This document shows, piece by piece, positions 18,281-25,275 of a DNA stretch of 64,000 nt. This DNA comes from a virus. Made by a program: the position numbers and the translations under genes. Location: positions 19,660 through 83,659 of IMG/VR virus record IMGVR_UViG_3300005731_000127; one strand, 5' to 3'. The notes beneath the pieces are model-generated. The model ran no database searches. It saw only the letters and a list, made by a program, of their open reading frames with translations, and had not been told where the DNA came from. Each line of letters starts with the position of its first letter. Within the stretch, counting starts at the first letter, position 1.

Positions 18281-19930
18281 TTATACTTCTACAAGATGCA
18301 GAAGCTCTTGATCCATTGCTGCATTGAACAAGTCCGCAGCAGTTTCAATTTTTCCGTCCATGATGAATTTCACGTTCGAGGCTGAGTATCCAGACATGTA
18401 GAATACGTTTCGTGTATTTCCGAATGTCTCGAATTTAGTTCCACTTCTTCCTCCATAAAACGAATTAGGGATATTCCATAGTACGATCTTAAACGAGTTA
18501 ACATAGTCGTCTGAAAATCCCGCGTTTCTTAGCTTTCGCAATGCAGACTCTACATTAGTCTTTCCTAAATCTGCCGGATTAAATTCTCCGTCACTGATAC
18601 ACAGAATTCCTTCTGGAAAATCAGCTTCTGGAGTTCCGGAGTTTAACAAGTCGCAGAAAAGACTGATAACACTTTGGAAGTTTGTTCCGCCATAAGAATT
18701 ACCTCTGTCGTTATGCCATTTTTCTGATGGCGTTCCGCCTCTCCATTTTTTCATTGCCGCTTTATTTGCAAATTCAATATAGTGATCAGTAAAATCACCA
18801 GTCAAGAATTCGTTGAAGTATAAAGCAATCGCCTTAGAAACATCGTATGATGAATACTTAGTTCCGGTTGCTGTACATTCCATTGATGACGAAGTATCGC
18901 GAACAACAATAAATCGAGTTAAGTTTTCGCTATCCTTAGCTTTATTAACAATTTCGTAAAACTGCTTATCGACAGTCTTTGTGAAATTCGCATCATGGTT
19001 AAAATTTAGCTCACAAAGTAGTTCGTGAACATAACCAGTATACTTAACTGTTTCTTCTTTGTCAACCCATCCTGAGTATTTATCTGACAATCCTTGGTTT
19101 TTCAAGAATTTGCTTCTAACAAGAAGATTTAATGCACGACCATGAATTTTAGCAAAGTCGATCTTGTCAAATTTTGACTGAGAAATCAACTGCTGCCACT
19201 CATGAGCGGTTCCGCTAGACTTAAGTTTGCGGTATTTTTTGTAAGTTCTGCCATCGTTTTTCTTTCCGAATAGCCTAGAACAAATCCACTTAGCAATTTG
19301 GTTATTTGCTTCAGCTTCAATTGTTGTAACTTGTGAGTTAGAACGGATTTGCGGCAAATACTTCTTCATCAAGTTGACTGTTTTGTCATTCTCAAGTAAA
19401 GAAAGAAGCAGATCACCGAACCTTGACCAGTTCAAAATACTACCAGACCAGTCATGGTAAACCAAGTCAGCACGCAACATCACAATCAGGTCTTTACAAG
19501 ACCCAGCCGATAAGAAGAGTCCAATGTTTTTCCAGAAAAGACTTTCATCTTTTTGGTGCAACCAGATCATTCTCATGATTGATTCGTGCTTGAGTTCCGC
19601 ACCAGACTGAGCCTCTTTAGTCTTAATGCCCATCCCGATAATGTCAGTCTTACGACTAATCATTCTCATGTAGATAGTAAACTTAACAAAAAGTTCCGGA
19701 TTATCCGCGAACAATACAGAACAATCTTTAGCGATATCGGAATATCTACGTGGAGATTTGTATTCTCCAAGCTTACCAAACTGGTCTACATATTCGTTTC
19801 CAGTCGTCGAAAATTTTTCCGCACCGTTACCACTTAGTGTACGAGCGGAGTTTTTCATTCCGGCGTTGACGAATGAGTTGTTCGAAGTTTGCGTGCTTTT
19901 TCTTTTAATTGTTCTCTTTGTGTCAAACAT
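18281..19930 (-). CDS. DUF2828-family Ro60/TROVE-like protein with C-terminal vWA domain
   Basis: N-terminal helical region (NGA..FSTTGN..VDQF, KKYLP, KKYRK) and vWA MIDAS motifs VVRDTSSSM, GGTNFQ, CISDGEFN, IVLWNI. Confidence 0.8.
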   Translation of the reverse strand: MFDTKRTIKRKSTQTSNNSFVNAGMKNSARTLSGNGAEKFSTTGNEYVDQFGKLGEYKSPRRYSDIAKDCSVLFADNPELFVKFTIYMRMISRKTDIIGMGIKTKEAQSGAELKHESIMRMIWLHQKDESLFWKNIGLFLSAGSCKDLIVMLRADLVYHDWSGSILNWSRFGDLLLSLLENDKTVNLMKKYLPQIRSNSQVTTIEAEANNQIAKWICSRLFGKKNDGRTYKKYRKLKSSGTAHEWQQLISQSKFDKIDFAKIHGRALNLLVRSKFLKNQGLSDKYSGWVDKEETVKYTGYVHELLCELNFNHDANFTKTVDKQFYEIVNKAKDSENLTRFIVVRDTSSSMECTATGTKYSSYDVSKAIALYFNEFLTGDFTDHYIEFANKAAMKKWRGGTPSEKWHNDRGNSYGGTNFQSVISLFCDLLNSGTPEADFPEGILCISDGEFNPADLGKTNVESALRKLRNAGFSDDYVNSFKIVLWNIPNSFYGGRSGTKFETFGNTRNVFYMSGYSASNVKFIMDGKIETAADLFNAAMDQELLHLVEV

Positions 19931-19961
19931 TTTGTTCTCCTTGTGAGGTTCCTAAAAAATC

Positions 19962-20015
19962 AGATTACGTTTTATTTTTACCAAAAAAATTTTTATAATT
20001 TGCTGATTGTAATCT
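19962..20015 (-). ncRNA. Mini Y-like RNA #2
   Basis: AGATTAC/GTAATCT stem, TCAGCAAATTAT motif, AU-rich hairpin with TTGGTAA (Thr GGU-like) loop. Confidence 0.65.
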
Positions 20016-20020
20016 TATAC

Positions 20021-20142
20021 GGATTTCGTTTTTCGTTGCTCTACCAATTGAGCTACCTCACCTTGAAAGCAAAAGCGATGAGGATTGGACTCGAACCAAT
20101 AACCTACGGCGTGAAATGCAAATAAATTGCTGTATGAAATCC
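20021..20142 (-). ncRNA. YrlA-like Y RNA #3
   Basis: GGATTTC/GAAATCC stem, ACAGCAATTTAT motif, GC-ATTTCAC-GC (Glu-type loop), T-arm ATTGG-TTCGAGT-CCAAT, closed acceptor CCTCATC/GGTGAGG, D-arm GCTC-AATTGGTA-GAGC. Confidence 0.82.
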
Positions 20143-20147
20143 TTTAA

Positions 20148-20232
20148 TACTTCTGGAGGGAGTTGCACCCATTGATATCTACCCCACTGTTTTATATCGC
20201 TGGCTTCGTAGACCAGTGTGGGAACCAGAAGC
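20148..20232 (-). tRNA. Non-canonical tRNA-Arg(ACG), D-armless, 9/3-like
   Basis: CTGGT-CTACGAA-GCCAG; 3-bp T-stem; long V-arm. Confidence 0.7.
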
Positions 20233-20240
20233 AAAAAAAC

Positions 20241-20301
20241 AAGTCTCATTATTAAAAAATTTTACAGATTTTCTTTTTAAATAATTTGCTGTATGAGACT
20301 T
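20241..20301 (-). ncRNA. Mini Y-like RNA #4
   Basis: AAGTCTCAT/ATGAGACTT stem, ACAGCAAATTAT motif, perfect anticodon hairpin AAAAT-CTGTAAA-ATTTT (Tyr GUA). Confidence 0.75.
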
Positions 20302-20323
20302 TATGCATAGCTAAAGCTACGAG

Positions 20324-20398
20324 TGACACATACGGGAATCGAACCCGTGAACTTCAGATTGAAAGTCTGAGATTTCTGCCAGCAGAAACTAATGTGCC
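20324..20398 (-). tRNA. tRNA-Glu(UUC)
   Basis: TCAGA-CTTTCAA-TCTGA. Confidence 0.85.
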
Positions 20399-21186
20399 TC
20401 ATTGTTCTTCTCTAAAAAAATCTTAATCGCCTCAATATCTTCTACTGAATACGATTTTTGTGGTAATATTCCCATATCTTGTAAAGGAGATATCAAGTCT
20501 AAACCAAAGTATTTATTGAGTATTAGTATAATCAATACCCCCCAAAATGGGTACATGTATTTTTTATTCTCTGTAGTGAATGTTTTTATAGTGTATCCGA
20601 AACTGTAGATTAAGTCAACAATTGTTTTTCTATTTACTTGTTTTTCTGAAATACTTTTTACCGCATCTACTGTTTCGTGAACAAGTTTTAATGATTCGCT
20701 CACCTTGTTGTTTGTTTCTATTTGTGTTTTTAGTAGATGGTAGTTCTTTTCATTTATCTTGTTTACTTCCTCGATCATAGAAAAGTGGGTACTGTCTGAA
20801 GGATGAAAACTTACTAAAAAACACTCAAATTCTTCTTCTCCGCCTTTTGATGGAAATCTTTGCACAAAAATGAATCCAGAAACCGGATAATGTTCTTTAT
20901 GTCTATAAGTTTTTGAAAACTGATAGGACTGTCTTTCACCCTTCATGGTCTCTATCGCTAGAGCTGAATCCAGCTTTAGATCATTACTGTTTATAGTTAT
21001 TTCACTCCACTTGACACCATTTTGATATTCGATATCTGTATATCCAAGCGTACTTTGCCAAGATTTATTACAATAAAGAACCCTTCCGTCAGGTAAAGTT
21101 GCAGCCATTGGATGCGTTGTATTGTTTATCCATTCTTCTAATAGTTGTCTTTCAGAATTTGATAACCATTTTTTCATTATGTTCAC
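20389..21186 (-). CDS. PAS-domain membrane protein
   Basis: DGRVLYCNKSWQSTLGYT...KTYRHK PAS pattern, coiled coil, C-terminal TM helix. Confidence 0.75.
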   Translation of the reverse strand: MNIMKKWLSNSERQLLEEWINNTTHPMAATLPDGRVLYCNKSWQSTLGYTDIEYQNGVKWSEITINSNDLKLDSALAIETMKGERQSYQFSKTYRHKEHYPVSGFIFVQRFPSKGGEEEFECFLVSFHPSDSTHFSMIEEVNKINEKNYHLLKTQIETNNKVSESLKLVHETVDAVKSISEKQVNRKTIVDLIYSFGYTIKTFTTENKKYMYPFWGVLIILILNKYFGLDLISPLQDMGILPQKSYSVEDIEAIKIFLEKNNEAH

Positions 21187-21336
21187 CTATTTATGTAAAA
21201 TGTTTCTACATATATAGATACGCCATTTTTGGTAGCTTGCTTTTTAATAATTTTTCAAGCTTTTGAGTTTTTTGTCCTTTCAAAAATTTGCTCAAGGTTA
21301 TTATATCTAGCCTGACGTAGTGGCTCACTGAGTTCG

Positions 21337-21846
21337 TTAGCTAACTGGGAATAAATTTCCGCGACATATCGAATTGGTGTCTAAAATTGCGATCCCCTTT
21401 TTATCCCCTCGAACAACTACTATAATTGAATCACGCGAATTGTCAATACCAATTATATGATTTTTAGGAATATCACATTTTACTTCTTTATATATTGAGT
21501 CCATTTTGGTCTCGTTGTGCAAAATTGTAGATAACTCTCTACGTACTGAATTACGTCTAAATCTCAAATTCATTTTTGCTATTAAGTTATTTAAATTTGT
21601 AGAATTCTCTTTATGTAATTCTGATGCCAATAATACTACGTCAAGTAATTTTGTCTCAATATCGTCTATTTTTAACAATGGGACAGTAAAATAATAGCCC
21701 GGAGTTGCTATTTTTGCTTCTCCGTCCTCATCAATATACGCAACTGAATTTTTCTTTTTATGTCCGGGAGCTAACAAATCCAAAGGAAATTCGGGGGTAA
21801 TAGATTCCTGTATCCTAAGAATTTCAGCAATGTTTAGTATGCTCAT
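21337..21846 (-). CDS. Hypothetical protein
   Basis: SD AGGA; 169-aa ORF. Confidence 0.55.
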   Translation of the reverse strand: MSILNIAEILRIQESITPEFPLDLLAPGHKKKNSVAYIDEDGEAKIATPGYYFTVPLLKIDDIETKLLDVVLLASELHKENSTNLNNLIAKMNLRFRRNSVRRELSTILHNETKMDSIYKEVKCDIPKNHIIGIDNSRDSIIVVVRGDKKGIAILDTNSICRGNLFPVS

Positions 21847-21877
21847 TTTGTTCCTAATTTTGTTAAATTTTTATAAG

Positions 21878-21974
21878 TGTGAACGGCTGGATTCGAACCA
21901 ACATCTACTTGCCAACTTTAGAGTCAACTTTCGTAGGATGCCTCCCTAGCGTTTGCCAATTTCGCCACGCTCAC
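21878..21974 (-). ncRNA. tRNA-like RNA with elongated arm ending in a CUCUAAA (CUA) loop
   Basis: GTGAGCG/CGTTCAC acceptor; D-arm nearly identical to that of 15730-15924; arm ATCCTAC..GTTGAC-TCTAAA-GTTGGC..GTAGAT. Confidence 0.65.
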
Positions 21975-21978
21975 TTAA

Positions 21979-22063
21979 TACCGGAGGCGAGATTCGAACT
22001 CGCAAGCCTATTACGGCACTGGTTTCTAAGACCAGCGTGTATTTCCATTTCCACCACTCCGGC
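21979..22063 (-). tRNA. tRNA-Leu(UAG)
   Basis: CTGGT-CTTAGAA-ACCAG; long V-arm. Confidence 0.92.
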
Positions 22064-22069
22064 GTATAA

Positions 22070-22153
22070 TGTCTACGGAGAGACTCGAACTCTCAATCCT
22101 CGAAGGCACGAAATTTTAAGTTTCGCGTGTATTGCCATTTCCACCACGTAGAC
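22070..22153 (-). tRNA. tRNA-Leu(UAA)
   Basis: CGAAA-CTTAAAA-TTTCG; long V-arm. Confidence 0.92.
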
Positions 22154-22180
22154 GTTCAAAAAACCCTCTTTATCTGATAG

Positions 22181-22254
22181 TCGGGGTGACAGGACTCGAA
22201 CCTGCAACCTCTGGTATCCAAGACCAGCCCTCTTCCAATTGAGACTACACCCCG
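22181..22254 (-). tRNA. tRNA-Pro(UGG)
   Basis: CGGGGTG acceptor; CTGGT-CTTGGAT-ACCAG. Confidence 0.92.
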
Positions 22255-22269
22255 TTATTTAAAAAATGT

Positions 22270-22653
22270 TTATTCTATTATTTTGTTTCTACTATTATAA
22301 GTTTCAATTCTATGACAATTAGAGCAAAGCACGATACATTTTTCAATTTCTTTTTTTATTTTTTCTATAGAATGTCCAGCATTAGCCATTTCCGATACAT
22401 TAAAAAGTTTTTTAGTTGAGTCCATATGATGAAAATCTAATACTCTGTAATCATCATTTTTGCATTGTGAGCATTCTAAATTTTCTTTATATTTTATATA
22501 CCAATCTTGTAAAGATTTTTTGCGTTTTTGTTTTTGACTATAATAACATTTTTTACAGTAATGCCTCCAATATTTCACACCTTTAATCTTTCCTGCATTA
22601 GCAAAATATTCTATATCTTTTGTTTGTTGGCACTTTCTACAAATTCTTTTCAT
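22270..22653 (-). CDS. HNH homing endonuclease
   Basis: CRKC..CKKC zinc finger, CSQC, LDFHH, CIVLCSNCHRIE. Confidence 0.88.
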   Translation of the reverse strand: MKRICRKCQQTKDIEYFANAGKIKGVKYWRHYCKKCYYSQKQKRKKSLQDWYIKYKENLECSQCKNDDYRVLDFHHMDSTKKLFNVSEMANAGHSIEKIKKEIEKCIVLCSNCHRIETYNSRNKIIE

Positions 22654-22686
22654 AATTCAGCCCTTACCAAATTAGCCTACACCCAA
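22654..22686 (-). pseudogene. 5' half of a tRNA (Pro-like) truncated at the HNH start
   Basis: TTGGGTGTAGGCTAATTTGGTAAGGGCTGA resembles the 5' half of the downstream tRNA-Pro (CGGGGTGTAGTCTCAATTGGAAGAGGGCTGG). Confidence 0.6.
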
Positions 22687-22687
22687 G

Positions 22688-22762
22688 CACCCCCGACGAG
22701 ATTTGAACTCGCAATCTCTACATTGACAATGTAGCGTGTTAGCCTGATTACACTACGAGAGT
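22688..22762 (-). tRNA. tRNA-Asp(GUC)
   Basis: CTACA-TTGTCAA-TGTAG; G73. Confidence 0.88.
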
Positions 22763-22845
22763 ATATTTAATGGACCCGACTCCACCGAAATGACTAGTTA
22801 AGGGTTAACGTAATCCATTAATTTAAATTCTAATTTTTAAGTAAG

Positions 22846-22917
22846 AGGCTGATACAGGATTTGCACCTGTATAACTAATTTACAAGATTAGCATGTTTCT
22901 AATTACATCAATCAGCC
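22846..22917 (-). tRNA. tRNA-Thr(UGU)
   Basis: CTAAT-CTTGTAA-ATTAG. Confidence 0.82.
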
Positions 22918-22928
22918 AGTATTATTAA

Positions 22929-23000
22929 TGCTCCCGCCCGGATTCGAACCGGGATCGAAGGTTTAAAAGACCCATGTGTTAGCCGTTACACCACAAGAGC
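22929..23000 (-). tRNA. tRNA-Lys(UUU)
   Basis: GGGT-CTTTTAA-ACCT. Confidence 0.85.
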
Positions 23001-23188
23001 GTGTATCGCTATATATTTCCTTCCCCTAGCGATCAAGGGGTGTTATAAAAACAAAGAATACAGTCGTTTCCGATATTTATAGGCTACGTCGCACTTTTTA
23101 TCACCAGTACCTCACTTTCGTGTCTGGTGTTTATTTGTGTGTGATGGCTACGGTATTTAGCTTCCTATTACATTAACCTTTGTCTGAG

Positions 23189-23262
23189 CGAAGTGTACGG
23201 GATTTGAACCCGCAATCTCTTGATCGACAATCAAGCGTGTTACCAGATTACACCAACACTCC
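23189..23262 (-). tRNA. tRNA-Asp(GUC), second copy
   Basis: CTTGA-TTGTCGA-TCAAG. Confidence 0.88.
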
Positions 23263-23282
23263 GTGCGGGATAAAACCCGAAG

Positions 23283-23353
23283 CACCTTAACCCCGATTCG
23301 AACGAGGAATTACTGGTTAACAGCCAGTCGTGATACCATTTCACTACAAAGGT
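23283..23353 (-). tRNA. tRNA-Asn(GUU)
   Basis: ACTGG-CTGTTAA-CCAGT. Confidence 0.85.
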
Positions 23354-23368
23354 GTAAAAAATATTGTA

Positions 23369-23440
23369 TGACTCGTATGGGATTCGAACCCATTTCTTTA
23401 AGTTGAAAGCCTAAATGTCCTTCCAGTAGACGAACGAGCC
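23369..23440 (-). tRNA. tRNA-Glu(UUC), second copy
   Basis: TTAGG-CTTTCAA-CTTAA. Confidence 0.85.
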
Positions 23441-23441
23441 G

Positions 23442-23527
23442 TGGCAGATGTCGGTACTGCCCCGACCAACTACTTTCGTAGTAACCAGCTTATGAGGCTG
23501 GCGAGAACTCTATGCCTCCCATCTGCG
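23442..23527 (-). tRNA. tRNA(CAU), initiator-like 1:72 mismatch, long variable arm
   Basis: CCAGC-CTCATAA-GCTGG; V-arm ACTAC-GAAA-GTAGT; C1/C72 unpaired. Confidence 0.72.
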
Positions 23528-23556
23528 TTGTATCATACTTGCTATCGCAAGTTAAG

Positions 23557-23628
23557 TAGGAATAACGAGAATCGAACTCGTATAGTCAGCTTATGAAACT
23601 GATGGATTTGCCATTATCCTATATTCCC
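23557..23628 (-). tRNA. tRNA(CAU) Met/Ile2
   Basis: TCAGT-TTCATAA-GCTGA. Confidence 0.85.
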
Positions 23629-23631
23629 ATG

Positions 23632-23703
23632 CACCAACGGCAGGAGTTGCACCCGCCCACCTTGATTTGGAGTCAAAGTCGCCTCTACGGAACATTCGCT
23701 GGT
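23632..23703 (-). tRNA. tRNA-Trp(CCA)
   Basis: TTGA-CTCCAAA-TCAA; G73. Confidence 0.8.
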
Positions 23704-23710
23704 ATAAAAG

Positions 23711-23777
23711 CGGCCCCACAGGGAGTTGCACCCCGACCATCCCCGCCGGGACGCTCTATCTATTAAGCTATAGGACC
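23711..23777 (-). ncRNA. Anticodon-less tRNA mimic (4-nt loop)
   Basis: Acceptor, D and T arms present; the anticodon arm is GTCCC-GGCG-GGGAT. Confidence 0.65.
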
Positions 23778-23799
23778 AATACTTGCCAAAAGGCAAGAG

Positions 23800-23870
23800 T
23801 CGCCGCACATGGAATTGAACCACAATCTTGCTCCCCTCTGGAGCATGTCCTAACATTGGACGATACAGCG
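23800..23870 (-). ncRNA. tRNA-like RNA with aberrant anticodon loop (CAGAGGG, no U33)
   Basis: CGCTGTA/TGCGGCG acceptor, GTCC/GGAC D-stem, TGCTC/GAGCA stem, canonical T-loop. Confidence 0.6.
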
Positions 23871-23974
23871 TAATAGATATGATCATTGATACTTGTTTCC
23901 CGTTAGCTTCTTTTGTCGTCACAAAATACTAATTCTAACATTGTCTTCCCGCAGAGAAATAATCACACCTACGA

Positions 23975-24052
23975 TACCCGATTGTGGATTCGAACCACCC
24001 CTTATAGGATTTGCCTTATCAGAGCAAACTCGCCGCCAGACGAACATCGGGT
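23975..24052 (-). tRNA. tRNA-Ile(GAU)
   Basis: TTGCT-CTGATAA-GGCAA. Confidence 0.78.
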
Positions 24053-24055
24053 TTA

Positions 24056-24148
24056 ACACTGACGGGATTCCATACCCGCATTACCACCTTTTGCGGTGGC
24101 GTCCTTGTCTGGCGACCAAACCAGCGGTCAGGATATTAGACGACAGTG
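24056..24148 (-). ncRNA. tRNA-like RNA with hairpin inserted in the D-loop and a 6-nt anticodon loop
   Basis: CACTG/CAGTG; GTCT...GGAC enclosing TGACC..GGTCG; CCACC-GCAAAA-GGTGG; GCGGG/CCCGT. Confidence 0.55.
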
Positions 24149-24150
24149 AG

Positions 24151-24231
24151 TGGTAGGAGAGGGATTTGCACCCCCACAGTCTTAGACGCTTGATTTACAG
24201 TCAAGGGAACTCGCTAATGTTCAGTCCTACC
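24151..24231 (-). tRNA. tRNA-Tyr(GUA)
   Basis: CTTGA-CTGTAAA-TCAAG; V-arm. Confidence 0.85.
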
Positions 24232-24254
24232 GTTGATTAGTTGTTATATAGTTA

Positions 24255-24656
24255 TTATAGCCTAATATTTTCTTCCGTCAACTCTTTTTTATTTAATTTT
24301 TTGCGAATCATGTTTGCTTTTAATTGGTATAAGTGGAGTAAAGGCTTGTAGTACATATATTTCTGAAATTCAGTAATGCATTCTATTAGAGCTTTTTCCT
24401 CACACCCAATATGAAAATGAAACTTATCATTGTTATTAAAAAAATCATATCGGTCGATATTATCAGTGATCTTTATCTCACTAAAATAAGGCTCAATCAT
24501 AGCTGTTTCATGAATTTCATAAATGGTACGCCTACAATCATCATCAGTAAGTTTTTCCCCACAATAATCGCATATTGTGTAGTCGTACGCTTGATGTTTG
24601 CCTTCTTTTTTACCTGTAGACTTGTTGTATAGGTCTGCTAATTTAAAAATATCCAT
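24255..24656 (-). CDS. Hypothetical zinc-binding protein
   Basis: CDYC..HIGC; SD GAGG. Confidence 0.55.
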   Translation of the reverse strand: MDIFKLADLYNKSTGKKEGKHQAYDYTICDYCGEKLTDDDCRRTIYEIHETAMIEPYFSEIKITDNIDRYDFFNNNDKFHFHIGCEEKALIECITEFQKYMYYKPLLHLYQLKANMIRKKLNKKELTEENIRL

Positions 24657-24682
24657 TAATTAGTCCTCGTCTTTTCCTAAAG

Positions 24683-24767
24683 TGCGGGGCGTGGGAATCG
24701 AACCCTAGACCTCCAGATGACACGTTAAGGTCGATAGCTTAGAAGGCTATTGCCACTGACGCCCCGC
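24683..24767 (-). tRNA. Non-canonical tRNA-Arg(UCU), D-armless, 9/3 fold
   Basis: 9-bp GCGGGGCGT/ACGCCCCGC; ATAGC-CTTCTAA-GCTAT; GGG-TTCGATT-CCC. Confidence 0.72.
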
Positions 24768-24777
24768 TTGTCTCATT

Positions 24778-24805
24778 ATTATATGATGTTAATCCTGAAT
24801 GTCAA
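24778..24805 (-). promoter_or_regulatory. Sigma70-type promoter for the tRNA array
   Basis: TTGACA-16 nt-TATAAT about 10 nt upstream of tRNA-Arg(UCU). Confidence 0.75.
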
Positions 24806-24836
24806 CCACTTTTCCATAAATTTTATCTTCCGAGTT

Positions 24837-25043
24837 TTATTTTTTGGGGTACATCAATAACCCGCCGTATGGTCCACTATTACAAACTGGGCATTTGTTC
24901 CAAGAAAAACTTCCTCCTTCTCTTATGTCGTGTTGAATATCGTTCATTTCACTTTCAGTCCCTTCCACTATAGATTTACACGATCTACATTCACCTGTCC
25001 AAATTCTTTCTGAGGCGGTCTGTCCTCTTTTAATTATTTTCAT
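24837..25043 (-). CDS. Small zinc-ribbon protein
   Basis: CRSC...CPVC. Confidence 0.55.
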   Translation of the reverse strand: MKIIKRGQTASERIWTGECRSCKSIVEGTESEMNDIQHDIREGGSFSWNKCPVCNSGPYGGLLMYPKK

Positions 25044-25071
25044 TTTGTTCCTTTGTAGTGAGCATATTAAG

Positions 25072-25154
25072 CGGCAGGGACAGGAATCGAACCTGCTACC
25101 CGTATTTCAGAGCGACGGTTTTCAAGACCGTTTGTCACCATTGACCTCCCTGCC
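25072..25154 (-). tRNA. tRNA-Ser(UGA)
   Basis: ACGGT-CTTGAAA-ACCGT; long V-arm; G73. Confidence 0.88.
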
Positions 25155-25164
25155 GAATTGTAAG

Positions 25165-25248
25165 CGGAAGTAGAGGAATTCGAATCCCCAAGACATTTCT
25201 GCCCTACTTAGTTAGCAACCAAGCTCCTCATCCAACCGGATTACTTCC
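25165..25248 (-). tRNA. tRNA-Ser(GCU)
   Basis: CTTGG-TTGCTAA-CTAAG; long V-arm; G73. Confidence 0.88.
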
Positions 25249-25275
25249 GTGTGATCTTTTACGGGAATTATCCCG

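Noticed and set aside
17894-20301. CRISPR-like interpretation of the recurring TTGCTG motif
   Set aside because: The shared motif is only about 12 nt, irregularly spaced and embedded in hairpins; no cas genes
21979-22063. tRNA containing 'TAG' read as a second suppressor
   Set aside because: Anticodon UAG reads CUA (Leu); it is an ordinary tRNA-Leu
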